Assembly (NCBI GenBank): GCA_963839215.1
Contig: CAWITZ010000006.1
Coordinates: 46,482-110,481, forward strand
Length of the DNA: 64,000 nucleotides
Origin: an uncultured Acidobacteriaceae bacterium
GTDB lineage: Bacteria; Acidobacteriota; Terriglobia; Terriglobales; Acidobacteriaceae
Direction of reading: 5' to 3'
Shown here piece by piece: positions 40,583 through 50,325 of this stretch (the first letter of the stretch is position 1; each line of letters starts with the position of its first letter). The notes below the pieces were generated by a model, which saw only the letters and a list, made by a program, of their open reading frames with translations, was not told where the DNA came from and did no database searches. Made by a program: the position numbers and the translations under genes.

Positions 40583-41791
40583 CTAGAAGCTTGCGGCGAA
40601 TATAGAACGCAAGCGGGCACGCAGGCTATTGTTTTCTGCCGCGCGTGTGACGCGCGTGCGGTGAGCGTATAAAAGCATGCCGATGGGCGTGGCAAAAGCA
40701 GGCGTAACGAGCTCTCCCGGCATATTGGAGAGGCGTACCGGCATGCCGATGCGCGCCGGCACACGAAGCTGGCTTTCAGTGACGTCAAGCATGCCCGGCA
40801 GCAGCGCTCCACCACCGGTAAGCACGCAACCGGCACCCAGAGCGTCAATTACGCCGCCATTGCGCAGGCTCTCGCGCACGAAGTGCATCAGCTCGCAGGC
40901 GCGCGGCTCAAGAATCTCGGCAAGACTGCGCAGGGCGATGCGCTGCGGCTGCGGGTTGGCGATTTCAATTTCGGCTTCAAGCGGAACGGCGGTGACGACC
41001 GAGTGGCCGAACTGGCGCTTGAGATCTTCGGCCTGCGCGGTGGGCATCTGCATGCCGACGGCCAGGTCATTGGTGAAATGCGCTCCGCCGACGGGGACGG
41101 AAGCGGTGTGCGCGACCGCACCCTCAAAGAAAACAACGAGGTCGCTTGAATGCGCGCCGATATCAAGCAGGCAGACGCCGAGCTCGCGCTCATCTGCCGA
41201 AAGCGTTGCCTCGGCAGCGGCGATGGACTCAAGAACCGCTTCAGTCACTTCGAGTCCGGCTCGGTTGGCGCAGGTGACGGTGCTTTGCAGCGCGCTGCCC
41301 GAGCAGGTGGCGATGTGCAGGTCAACCTCAAGGCGAGCGCCGATCATGCCCACGGGATCGAAAATTCCCGGCTGATCGTCGAGGATGAACTGGCGCGGCA
41401 GCAGGTGCAGAATTTCGCGATCGGGCGGGCGCTCAACGGCGCGTGCGCGCTCAATGGCTGTGCGGACATCTTCCCGCGTAATCTCACGCATGCGGCTGCC
41501 GAGATCGAAGCCGCCGTTGGTGTTGATTCCGCGAATGTGCGGACCGCCGACGCCGACGACGCACTCGTCGATGTTGACTCGTGCAACCCACTCGGTGCGT
41601 TCGTTGGCCGCCTTCACTGCCTTGGCTGCCGGGCCCAGGTCGGAGATCAGCCCCTTGCGCATGCCGGCCGATTCCACTATGCCGTGACCCCGATAACGCA
41701 GCGCACCCTCGTTAAGATCGGCGGCAAGCACGCGGGTGCAGGCGCTGCCTACATCGAGAACGACGATCAGGTTTTCCTGCGTCTGGTTCAT
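40583..41791 (-). CDS. ftsA: Cell division protein FtsA
   Basis: VVLDVGS, GVGGPHIRG, ILHLLPRQFILD, LLDIGAHSS, VGGAHFTNDLA, LTGGGALLPGM. ATG 41791. Confidence 0.95.
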   Translation of the reverse strand: MNQTQENLIVVLDVGSACTRVLAADLNEGALRYRGHGIVESAGMRKGLISDLGPAAKAVKAANERTEWVARVNIDECVVGVGGPHIRGINTNGGFDLGSRMREITREDVRTAIERARAVERPPDREILHLLPRQFILDDQPGIFDPVGMIGARLEVDLHIATCSGSALQSTVTCANRAGLEVTEAVLESIAAAEATLSADERELGVCLLDIGAHSSDLVVFFEGAVAHTASVPVGGAHFTNDLAVGMQMPTAQAEDLKRQFGHSVVTAVPLEAEIEIANPQPQRIALRSLAEILEPRACELMHFVRESLRNGGVIDALGAGCVLTGGGALLPGMLDVTESQLRVPARIGMPVRLSNMPGELVTPAFATPIGMLLYAHRTRVTRAAENNSLRARLRSIFAASF

Positions 41792-41801
41792 CGCGTGATT
41801 C

Positions 41802-43200
41802 TCACCGGCCCTGTCCCGCGGAAGAAGCATGGGCTTTGGCAGAGGGTTTGGGCTTCTTGTGGTTGAGCGCGGCACGTTTGGTCTCCGCGCGCTTCTTCTC
41901 TTTCTGTTTCGCGGCGAGCAGCTTCGCGGCACGGGCCTTCTCTGCCGCCGTGCTCGCATGCGCGGTGCTTTTGTGCGCCGTGCTGATGTGTGCCGTGCTG
42001 GCGTGAGATGTGACGGCATGCGGAGCGGCAGGCTTTGTGGCGTGAGCCTTTTCAACTACGCTGGCATGCTTCGGCGCGACTGACTTTGCGGTCTCGACCG
42101 GTTTGGCCACAGTAAGTTTAGAGGCGACCGGTTTAGTGGCGGCAGGCTTGCCCGCGGCGGGCTTGCTCTCCTCCAGTTTGGGTCGCGGCTCGGGCTTGAG
42201 GGCGAGGGCCTGCTCGGTCGCGGCGCCGCGCTGCATCTCAAGGACGACCTGCTGGTCATAGCGCAGATCGACGTTGGAGAGCTTGGGATATTGCTGACGC
42301 CACTCCGCGATGTGATTCTTGTAGCGCTGATAGCGATCGAGGAAATGATCTTCGCCGAAGTGGGCGAGGATGTCAGTTCCCTGCTCGGGCATGAGCACGC
42401 GCGCGTCCTCGGGATCGGTGAGATCAATCTCAGAGAGCTGGTCGGAGAGGTGCTGGCCGCCGGCGTCGAGCTCGCCGATGAGACGCTGATAGAGCGCGAC
42501 GCGCGCCTTGCGCGAAGGCAGCGGGTCGGCTGCGTCAATGCCGGTGAGCACCGGGAAAGAGTAGTGATGCTGCGCCATCATGGCGACGGGCATGGTCAAC
42601 AGCACTCCGTTTGCGTCAACAAGGCCGATCTGCTGACCGTGACGCACGAAGGCGACGGGCTTGCGCTCGACGAGGGTGACGCGAATCTGATCAGGCAGCA
42701 GGCGCATAACCGTGGCGTGCTCGACCCACGGAATCTGCTCAAGCTGTTTTCTGCGCTCAGCGAGGGGAACGAAGAAGATGTTGCGGCCGATGTCTTCGCC
42801 AAAAACGGGAAGCATCTCAGCGCGGCTCACCTGGCCAAGGCCGGTGGCCTGAATGTTGCTGGTGCCGGCGATTCGGAAGCGCGCATCGTGCTCGAAGAAG
42901 CCGCGGCAAACGTTGACTGCATAGGCGGCGGTGGAGACGGCTACGAGCGCAGCGAAGGCAAGAAGAGCGCGTCCCCAGGTGCCTGCAGGGCGCCACCAGG
43001 GCCGGGTGGGTGCGGCGAAGCGCTTGCGCGGTGGAGCTGAGTCGTCGCCATCCGCGTCATCTATTTCAAGCGGCATGCCGGGCAGGCCGCGACCGGACGC
43101 AGGCATGGCCGGTTGCACGCGGCGGAATCGAGACTCCACCGGCGCTTCATCTTTTTCCCATACAAGGGACCGGGTTCGGTTGCTTCCTTGAGTCGCCACG
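41802..43200 (-). CDS. ftsQ: Cell division protein FtsQ with long Ala/Lys/Pro-rich C-terminal tail; start uncertain
   Basis: Single TM (ALLAFAALVAVSTAAYAV), POTRA FGEDIGRNIFFVPL...IPWVEHATVMRLLPDQIRV..VERKPVAF, VDLRYDQQVV. Upstream of ftsA. Confidence 0.88.
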
Positions 43201-43328
43201 CTTGATATTGGGTCGCGAGAGTCGCCACTCAAATATAGCCCGCGCTTCCATGGCTTTTGTCCGCGCCCGCATGGAGGGGAACCCGCTGCGTTACGGGCAT
43301 CTTCCGCAGCGTAAATTAAGCTATCCGG

Positions 43329-44330
43329 ATGAGAGATTTGCAGCTTCTGCGCGTGGGAGCGCTGCTGGCATTTTTTTGGTCTGCGCTTCCCTGCCCGGCA
43401 CAGACGCCGGCCTACCACTACTACCGCGTGGGAAATGCTGCAAATGCGGCAGGCGCGCCGAAACCGGGATTTGCTTTGATGGGCGGCGGAACGGATCTGG
43501 ACGAGGCCTTTGGATGGCTCTGCGCTCATGCCGGCGGCGGTGACCTGGTGGTGCTGCGCGCGACGGACGACGACGATTACAACCCGTATATCCAGAAGCT
43601 ATGCAAGTTGAATTCAGTGGCGACAATCGTGCTGCCCAGCCGCGCGGCCGCAAACGACCCATTTGTCGCGAAGGCGATTCGCGAGGCGAGCGCAATTTTT
43701 ATCTCAGGGGGCGACCAGGCCAATTACATCAACTTCTGGATGAACACGCCGGTGCAGCAGGAAGTGAACGAGGCGATTGCGCGCGGCGTGCCGATCGGCG
43801 GCACGAGCGCAGGGCTCGCTGTGCTCGGCGAGTACGCCTACACCGCGCAGGGCGACAAGCCCGACGATCCTAATCTCGATGGAAAGATTGCAATGGCCGA
43901 TCCCTTTGGGCGGCAGATCACCGTTGTGCATGGGTTCCTCGAAATTCCGACTCTCACGAGTGTGATCACGGACACGCATTTTGCGACACGCAATCGCATG
44001 GGCAGACTGCTGGTGTTTCTTGCGCGTTTGAATGCGGATGGAAAAAAGGTGCGCGGCATCGGCATAGAACAACGCGCCGCCGTGCTACTGGAGCTGGATG
44101 GCGCAGCACGCGTTGTGGGCCATGGCGCCGCGTATTTTGTTACGCCGCAGAAGCAGGCCGACGTTCTGGCAGCAGGCAAGCCGCTGACGCTGCGCGATGT
44201 GGAAGTGCTGAAGGTCGCCGCAGGCCACGCCTTCAACGTGAAGACGTGGACGGGCGATTCGAGGCGATATACGCTGAACGTCGACGCCGGCGTGCTGACG
44301 TCAACACAGCCCGGTGGGAATGTGTACTAG
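43329..44330 (+). CDS. Secreted cyanophycinase-like peptidase (S51)
   Basis: Signal peptide, ALMGGG, IFISGGDQANY, IGGTSAGLAVLG (GxSAG Ser), ITDTHFATRNRMGRL, GIGIEQ. Confidence 0.85.
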   Translation: MRDLQLLRVGALLAFFWSALPCPAQTPAYHYYRVGNAANAAGAPKPGFALMGGGTDLDEAFGWLCAHAGGGDLVVLRATDDDDYNPYIQKLCKLNSVATIVLPSRAAANDPFVAKAIREASAIFISGGDQANYINFWMNTPVQQEVNEAIARGVPIGGTSAGLAVLGEYAYTAQGDKPDDPNLDGKIAMADPFGRQITVVHGFLEIPTLTSVITDTHFATRNRMGRLLVFLARLNADGKKVRGIGIEQRAAVLLELDGAARVVGHGAAYFVTPQKQADVLAAGKPLTLRDVEVLKVAAGHAFNVKTWTGDSRRYTLNVDAGVLTSTQPGGNVY

Positions 44331-44336
44331 CTTCAG

Positions 44337-44390
44337 CTAAGACCACACCTTTGAGCTAAGCCCACACCTTTCACCCTAAGACCACACTAG
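44337..44390. repeat. Three short tandem copies of ctaag(a/c)ccacac
   Basis: Copies start at 44337, 44356 and 44376 (period 19-20). The third copy is the GH30 terminal V-W-S-stop (gtgtggtcttag on minus). Confidence 0.75.
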
Positions 44391-45827
44391 CGTGTGAACG
44401 GAATCGGCGGGCAGCTCGACGTCGAGCGCGCTGCCGGCCAGGACAAGCTGCACGCGCCGCTGCTGGCCGGTATTGGCGATGACCACGACGTAGCTGCCAT
44501 CGGGATTGCGGAAGCCGGCGTGTGAGACCGGTCCGGCCGCGCCCTCGGAGCCGAGGCCATTGGTCGCGAAAACATGCGCGCCGCGCTTCACGTGACGCGA
44601 GTAGTGCGCGAAGCCCCAGTACTGTCCGCTGCGTGTGACCTTGTTTGTCCCGCTATGCAGGGTGATTACACCGCCGCAGGAGAAGGGACCTACGTTGGGC
44701 TTGCCGTTTTCGTCGAGAACGAGATTCCACGCAGTGATGGAGCGGGCCCAGTTATTGAGGACGCCGTTGTAGGTATCGGCCCACTTGGTGTAATCGGTCT
44801 CGTAGTCGGGCTGATTGATGTCAGGGCCGCCCTCGGTCCAGTAGGCATTCTTCTGCGGGAATGCTTCATGCACGCGAGTCATCGCAGTGGGTTCGCCAAC
44901 GTAGCCATGCCATGCGATGCCGTCGATGTATTCATAGGCCTCCGGGTTGCTGAGCTCTCCAATGGCGCGGCCCCAGAGATTGTAGTTGTGATCGAGCACC
45001 CAGATTTTGGTCGGGCTGCCTGCCTGGCGCAGCGCGGGTCCAAGATGCTTGCCCGCAAATTCAATCTCGGCCTCCTGCGCCCAGACACAGGCGGACATGT
45101 GGCCTTCCTGTTCGGCGTCGACTTCATTCTGCACGGTGACGGCATCGATGTTGACGCCCTCGGCCTTGTAGCCGTCGAGGAATTTCATGAAGTACTTCGC
45201 GTAGGGCACAAGATTGGTTTTGCGCATCACGCCGCCGAGCATGGATTTGTTGGGCTTCATCCATGCGGGCGGGCTCCAGGGCGAGGAGAAGAGAAAGAGT
45301 TCGGGATTAATCTTGCGCGCTTCGCGCAGCATGGGCAGGATGTAGGCCTTGTCGTGATCGATGGAGAAGTTCTTCAACTCGGGATCAGGCTCGATACCTT
45401 CACTGAAGCTGTAGACGGAACGGGAGTAGTCGCTGGAACCGATTGCGGTGCGACAGACATTGAGCGCCATTTCGTCGGGCGAAAAAAAGTCGTGCATGAT
45501 GGGCGCACGCTCGGCATCACTGAGCTGGCTGAGCAGATAGCAGGAAGAATCGGTCATGGCGGCGCCAAAGCCGAGGATGGATTGCTTCACGGTTGCGGGG
45601 TCGAGCATGATGGCTTCGGCTCCGACCAACCCTGCAGGCTTCCATGTGAGCGGTTCTCCGGCGGTGTGACGGCGATCGCGCCAGGTGCTCCACACCTTAA
45701 CGGAACCGGTAGGGACGGGGCCCGCAGGCGATGCTTCGCCCCATGCAGGCATGCGGCCTGCGAGTGCGGTTACGGCGGCGGTGCCGGAAGCTGCCTTCAA
45801 AAATCCCCTGCGAGAACTCTGCGCCAT
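44376..45827 (-). CDS. Glycoside hydrolase family 30, Tat-exported (beta-1,6-glucanase/glucosylceramidase-like)
   Basis: Tat signal SRRGFLK, GFGAAMTDSS, RTAIGSSDYS, SSPWSPPAWMK, TVQNEV (acid/base), WHGY, YWTEG (nucleophile), WNLVLDENGKPN. Confidence 0.93.
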   Translation of the reverse strand: MAQSSRRGFLKAASGTAAVTALAGRMPAWGEASPAGPVPTGSVKVWSTWRDRRHTAGEPLTWKPAGLVGAEAIMLDPATVKQSILGFGAAMTDSSCYLLSQLSDAERAPIMHDFFSPDEMALNVCRTAIGSSDYSRSVYSFSEGIEPDPELKNFSIDHDKAYILPMLREARKINPELFLFSSPWSPPAWMKPNKSMLGGVMRKTNLVPYAKYFMKFLDGYKAEGVNIDAVTVQNEVDAEQEGHMSACVWAQEAEIEFAGKHLGPALRQAGSPTKIWVLDHNYNLWGRAIGELSNPEAYEYIDGIAWHGYVGEPTAMTRVHEAFPQKNAYWTEGGPDINQPDYETDYTKWADTYNGVLNNWARSITAWNLVLDENGKPNVGPFSCGGVITLHSGTNKVTRSGQYWGFAHYSRHVKRGAHVFATNGLGSEGAAGPVSHAGFRNPDGSYVVVIANTGQQRRVQLVLAGSALDVELPADSVHTLVWS

Positions 45828-45942
45828 GCCTGCTCCTTCAATCTTTTGAAAGTAGATGATTGCCCGCGGCATCATAGCAGGCGCGTCTTTGCTGGGTAAA
45901 CCGCAAGGTATATGTGCGATCTGAGCGCCGAGCGAGATGCCG

Positions 45943-47310
45943 TTACTTCTTTTCGAGCGCGGTGAGAATCTGAGGGCCGAGCTGGCTCACGCTGCCTGCG
46001 CCGAGCGTCAGGATGAGGTCACCATCCCGCGCAGAGGCGGTAACCGCAGCGATGGCGTGGGCGAAATCGGAAGCGTATTGAACACGTGGGCCCTTGATAC
46101 GTTCTGCCAGCAGCTCTGCCGTGATGCCGGGCAGCGGCTCTTCGCTGGCTGCATAGATGGGCAGCACGACAACGGTATCCGCATCGGAAAACGCCGCACC
46201 AAACTCATCGAGCAGATCGCGCGTGCGTGAGTAGCGGTGTGGCTGAAAGACAACGTGGATGCGGCCCCCGGTGAATTCGCGGGCTGCGGCCAGCGTGGCG
46301 CGAATCTCGGTGGGATGGTGGCCGTAGTCATCAACAACCGTAACGCCATGCACCGTGCCGCGCGTGTGAAAGCGCCGATCGACACCACGGAAAGAGTTGA
46401 GGCCGGCGGCAATTTTTTCAGACGAGACGAGAAGCTGATCCGCGACGGCAATGGCAGCAGTGGCGTTGAGCACATTGTGGCGTCCGGGCACGTGCAAGTC
46501 AAAAGGACCAAGCGGGCCTTTGGCCGTGACCACCTGGAAGCGCGAGAAGCACCCCGGGACGGGATCGAGAAACTCCAGATAGTAGTCGGCCTCAGGCGCG
46601 AGTCCGTAGGTGAAAACACGACGGTGGACCTGGGGAAGAATTGCCGCCAACTGTGGATTGTCGAGACATGCAATCACCGATCCGTAAAACGGAACCTTGC
46701 CCATGAAGGTGAGGAAAGCCTGCTCAACGTCGGTCATGTCGCTGTAGCAGTCCATGTGCTCGCGATCGAGGTTGGTGACGACGGCGAGGATCGGCGAGAG
46801 CTTGAGGAAAGAACGATCGCTCTCATCGGCTTCGGCAACAAGATACTGGCTGGCGCCGAGGCGAGCATTGGAGCCGAGTGCATCAACGCGGCCGCCGACC
46901 ACAACCGTGGGATCGAGACCGCCTGCGGCGAGCACGGACGCGACCATGGAGGTGGTGGTTGTCTTTCCGTGCATGCCGGCAATCGCGATGCCGTACCTGA
47001 GGCGCATAAGCTCGGCGAGCATTTCAGCGCGCTGAATGACCTGGATTTTGCGCGTGCGCGCCGCAACAACTTCAGGATTTGCAGGCGAGACAGCGGAGCT
47101 GGTGACAACGACGGTTGCGCCATCAATGTAGGCGGCGTTGTGGCCCTCATAGATAGTCGCGCCAAGCGAGGCGAGTCGATCGGTGACAGCGCTGCGGCGC
47201 AGGTCGGAGCCGGAAACTTTCATGCCCAGGCTCAGCAGAATTTCGGCGATGCCGCTCATGCCGATTCCGCCGATACCGATGAAGTGCGCGTGCTGTGAAG
47301 TAGCAAACAT
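45943..47310 (-). CDS. murC: UDP-N-acetylmuramate--L-alanine ligase
   Basis: HFIGIGGIGMSGIAE, AGMHGKTTTT, VAEADESDRSF, DDYGHHPTE, FQPHRYSRT. Confidence 0.97.
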   Translation of the reverse strand: MFATSQHAHFIGIGGIGMSGIAEILLSLGMKVSGSDLRRSAVTDRLASLGATIYEGHNAAYIDGATVVVTSSAVSPANPEVVAARTRKIQVIQRAEMLAELMRLRYGIAIAGMHGKTTTTSMVASVLAAGGLDPTVVVGGRVDALGSNARLGASQYLVAEADESDRSFLKLSPILAVVTNLDREHMDCYSDMTDVEQAFLTFMGKVPFYGSVIACLDNPQLAAILPQVHRRVFTYGLAPEADYYLEFLDPVPGCFSRFQVVTAKGPLGPFDLHVPGRHNVLNATAAIAVADQLLVSSEKIAAGLNSFRGVDRRFHTRGTVHGVTVVDDYGHHPTEIRATLAAAREFTGGRIHVVFQPHRYSRTRDLLDEFGAAFSDADTVVVLPIYAASEEPLPGITAELLAERIKGPRVQYASDFAHAIAAVTASARDGDLILTLGAGSVSQLGPQILTALEKK

Positions 47311-47528
47311 GATGAGGACGAAGGTTCAGGGTACCACTCGCGGCAGGGCTGATTTCAGCGTGCGTTTGACCCAGCGCCGGCGCGAAAGTCTCGGCGATTT
47401 ATTTCAGGGTGCCCGCCGCAACCTTTGGCACAGCCTGTGTTTGCACCATACATAACCGGGCAGAAGGCGAAAGGAACAAAGCCAGATGCGAGCCGGAACC
47501 AGCAAGAGCTGGATGGGATGGAGGAGAT

Positions 47529-47825
47529 ATGGTGAGCATGCGGAAGATGATGCTTGGTGCAGCACTGGTGGCCGGCGCGCTGGGTCTGGGAGCAAACAAG
47601 GCACAGGCGGCTGAGTTTGAAGTGCACATGCGCGGCCCGGCAGTCGTTGTTCCCCCCTGCCCAGGTGACGGATATGCGTGGGTGAATGGCTACTGGGAAG
47701 GACGCCGATGGTTCCCGGGCCGGTGGAATTTTGTTGGCCGCCGGGCCCCGGTGATGGACTACGGCTATCATCGTGGATTTGGCAATCGCGAATTTGCCCC
47801 GCGCTATGAACGGTTTCGCAGGTAA
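47529..47825 (+). CDS. Small secreted YXWGXW-repeat-like protein
   Basis: GAGGAG RBS, signal peptide MRKMMLGAALVAGALGLG..AQA, PPCPGDGYAWVNGYWEGRRWFPGRW. Confidence 0.75.
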   Translation: MVSMRKMMLGAALVAGALGLGANKAQAAEFEVHMRGPAVVVPPCPGDGYAWVNGYWEGRRWFPGRWNFVGRRAPVMDYGYHRGFGNREFAPRYERFRR

Positions 47826-47850
47826 GCCTCATGAAAGCCTGCGGCAAGGA

Positions 47851-47883
47851 GCGGCCTCTCTATTCGGGGAGAGGCCGTTTTTT
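47851..47883 (+). terminator. Rho-independent terminator
   Basis: gcggcctctct-attc-ggggagaggccg stem followed by tttttt, 25 nt after the stop at 47825. Confidence 0.85.
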
Positions 47884-48097
47884 GTTGATGTTGCGGCATC
47901 TGCGGCGCCGGAGGATAATCGCCCTCGATTCCGCAGCTTTCCTCGCAGAATTCCTTCGATCAAACCGCAACTAAATTGCAGAATTGTGTTTGAGTAAAGT
48001 AGACGGTTTGAGAGTGAATCCGAGCCGGATTGTGCTGAGAGTTTCGGGCCTGACAATTGGGCGGACGGCAACTGGGCTTATAGCACTTGGGAGGGGA

Positions 48098-48715
48098 ATG
48101 ATGAAGAGTTTGCGGCTTGTTCTAATGGCGACGCTGCTTGCTCTGCCTTTTGCGGCGAGTGCGAAAGCAAATGCGCAGGTGTCTGTGGGAATTGGCATCG
48201 GCCCGGCGGTTGTGGCGTCTCCGGGATTTTATGGCCCTCCGGCTTGCGCGTGGGGCTACTACTCTTTTTATCCTTATGCCTGTGCTCCTTATGGGTTTTA
48301 CGGACCTAGCTGGTTCGCGGGTGGACTGTTTATCGGTGCGGGTCCCTGGTACCACTGGGGCTGGTACGGGCACCCCGGATGGGGCTATCGCTCCGGCTAT
48401 CGCCCGTGGAACGGCGGTGGCGGATGGCATGGCGGCGGTAACGGATGGCATGGCGGTTCGCGTCCCCCGTACGGTGGGGGCGGATGGCACGGCACCCCGA
48501 ACGGCGGTGGTGGCTGGCATGGCGGTCCCGTGCAGGGTGGCAATGCCTACCGCGGCTATAGCGGCGGAGCTGGACGCCCGAGTGGCGGCTTCGGCGGCGG
48601 CGGTCGCGTGAGCGGCGGCTTTGGCGGAGGCTTCCACGGTGGTGGTTTTGGTGGAGGCGGCTTCCATGGCGGAGGCGGTGGTGGCTTCCACGGCGGTGGC
48701 GGCGGTCACCGGTAA
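48098..48715 (+). CDS. Secreted Gly/Trp/Tyr-rich low-complexity protein
   Basis: GGGAGGGG RBS, signal peptide ending ANA-QVSVGIGIGP, CAWGYYSFYPYACAPYGFYGPSWF, then repeated GGWHGG/GGFHGG units. Confidence 0.75.
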   Translation: MMKSLRLVLMATLLALPFAASAKANAQVSVGIGIGPAVVASPGFYGPPACAWGYYSFYPYACAPYGFYGPSWFAGGLFIGAGPWYHWGWYGHPGWGYRSGYRPWNGGGGWHGGGNGWHGGSRPPYGGGGWHGTPNGGGGWHGGPVQGGNAYRGYSGGAGRPSGGFGGGGRVSGGFGGGFHGGGFGGGGFHGGGGGGFHGGGGGHR

Positions 48716-48758
48716 AGCTTGAATTCCCGGTCGACACTGGACCGGTATCCTGGAAGGG

Positions 48759-48790
48759 GCCCGTCTGCTTCGGCAGACGGGCATTTTTTT
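48759..48790 (+). terminator. Rho-independent terminator
   Basis: gcccgtctgc-ttcg-gcagacgggc perfect stem followed by attttttt. Confidence 0.9.
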
Positions 48791-48800
48791 GTGACGTGCG

Positions 48801-49877
48801 TTAGCGGGTGAAGCCAGCGAGGCGGTCTGCGATGCGTTCGGCAGCGCCGGGGTGGGCCTGTGTGCGCGCGGCGGCAGACATGGCGGCGAGCTGCGGGCCA
48901 TCGGATAGCAGTGCGATCAATGCCTGCAGCAGTTTTTGCGGTGTGGCAAGATCGGATTCGGTGAGCATGACAGCGGCGCCGGCTTTGACCATTTCTTCTG
49001 CGTTGCGCTTTTGATGGTCGTCGGCCGCGGCGGCAAAGGGGACCAGCAGCGAAGGTTTGCCGGCGGCCGCCAGCTCTGCAACGGTTGAGGCTCCGCTGCG
49101 GGCCATCACGAGACTGGCATTGGCAAAGCGCGCTGGCATGTCATCGAGGAATGCGCTTACTTTCCAGCGTGAAGGATCGGCTCCGCTGGCTGCGAAGGCA
49201 GCTTGCGCGGCTTCGGCATGACGCGCTCCGCACTGGTGGAGAACGGTGAGGCTGGGAACTGCATCGAGAAGCGCGCCGAGAATCTGAGGCACGGTGTTGT
49301 TGAAGAGACGCGCACCCTGCGATCCACCAAAGATGAGAAGGTGCGGATTGCCCCGATACGGCTCGATGGCGAAGAAGCCGGGGCGCACGGGGATTCCGGT
49401 AACCTCGGCATTGTTGAACCACTTTGCGGCGGCGGGAAAATTGATAGCCGCGGCCCGCACGCGCTTACCGATCAGGCGATTGGCAAGGCCGGGCATCGCG
49501 TTCGGTTCGAAGGCCATGGTCGGCACCCCGAGCATCAACGCAGCAGCCATGCCGGGACCTGAGGCATAGCCGCCAATTCCGAAGACGACGTGCGGCTTGA
49601 AGTCGCGAATGAGCCGGCGACAGGCGAAGACACTGCGTGGCAGATCGGTAAAGGTGCGAAGGCGTGTGAGAAGCGAAACGTTTTTGAGCGGGCCGACCTC
49701 GATGAGTTGAAGGGGAAAACCGGCGTCGGGAACGAGCCGTGTCTCAAGGCCGCGCGCCGTGCCGACGAAGAGCACTTCAGCCGAGTGGCGCGCAACCAGC
49801 TCGCGCGCGACGGCGAGCGCCGGGATGATGTGTCCGCCTGTGCCGCCGCCGGCGATGAGTACACGTAACGATGCCAA
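48801..49877 (-). CDS. murG: MurG glycosyltransferase
   Basis: LIAGGGTGGHIIPA, GIGGYASGP, FEPNAMPGLAN, TGIPVR, GGSQGAR, ARSGASTVAE. TTG start 49877 inferred. Confidence 0.96.
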   Translation of the reverse strand: MASLRVLIAGGGTGGHIIPALAVARELVARHSAEVLFVGTARGLETRLVPDAGFPLQLIEVGPLKNVSLLTRLRTFTDLPRSVFACRRLIRDFKPHVVFGIGGYASGPGMAAALMLGVPTMAFEPNAMPGLANRLIGKRVRAAAINFPAAAKWFNNAEVTGIPVRPGFFAIEPYRGNPHLLIFGGSQGARLFNNTVPQILGALLDAVPSLTVLHQCGARHAEAAQAAFAASGADPSRWKVSAFLDDMPARFANASLVMARSGASTVAELAAAGKPSLLVPFAAAADDHQKRNAEEMVKAGAAVMLTESDLATPQKLLQALIALLSDGPQLAAMSAAARTQAHPGAAERIADRLAGFTR

Positions 49878-49984
49878 TCTTTGCCTTCCAGATAGATCTA
49901 ACCCAGTTTCGCAGATTCGCAGATTCTGAGAGCCACAGGCGGAAGGATCTGAACCTTTCTGTTGACGGGCGCTTGGCTTTGTCA

Positions 49985-50002
49985 TATCCTATGCATCGGA
50001 TA
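49985..50002. promoter_or_regulatory. Candidate PadR operator (inverted repeat)
   Basis: TATCC-tatgcatc-GGATA ends 9 nt before the padR ATG (50012), in the divergent murG/padR gap. Function inferred. Confidence 0.35.
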
Positions 50003-50011
50003 GCGAGGTAT

Positions 50012-50323
50012 ATGAATTTCAAAGGCACACTCCCGACTTTGATCCTCGAGGCTTTGGCACGCGAGGCGAGCCATGGCTATCGCATCGCGCAAAGAATCAA
50101 AGAGCGCTCTGAAGGGGTGCTGGATTTCAAGGAAGGCACGCTCTACCCCGCCCTGCACAAGCTTGAGAACGAGGGACTGGTCGAGTCCTATGAGGGCGCG
50201 GAGAAGGGCAGGCCGCGGCGCTACTATCGCATCACTCCGCCGGGACGCAAGGCTTTGAGCCGGGACCGTGCTGAGTGGCGTCAACTTTCGAAAGCTGTGA
50301 GTGTGATTCTCGGGGAGGCTTAG
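50012..50323 (+). CDS. PadR-family transcriptional regulator
   Basis: LILEAL..EASHGYRIAQRI, KEGTLYPALHKLENEGLV, GRPRRYYRITPPGR..L....AEW. Confidence 0.93.
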   Translation: MNFKGTLPTLILEALAREASHGYRIAQRIKERSEGVLDFKEGTLYPALHKLENEGLVESYEGAEKGRPRRYYRITPPGRKALSRDRAEWRQLSKAVSVILGEA

Positions 50324-50325
50324 CT

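Noticed and set aside
44337-44390. Mini CRISPR array
   Set aside because: The repeat is only ~12 nt with 7-8 nt spacers, has three copies, and no cas genes are nearby.
47425-47446. Sigma-54 promoter (TGGCAC...TTGC) upstream of the small secreted gene
   Set aside because: The GG-to-GC spacing does not fit the required GG-N10-GC.
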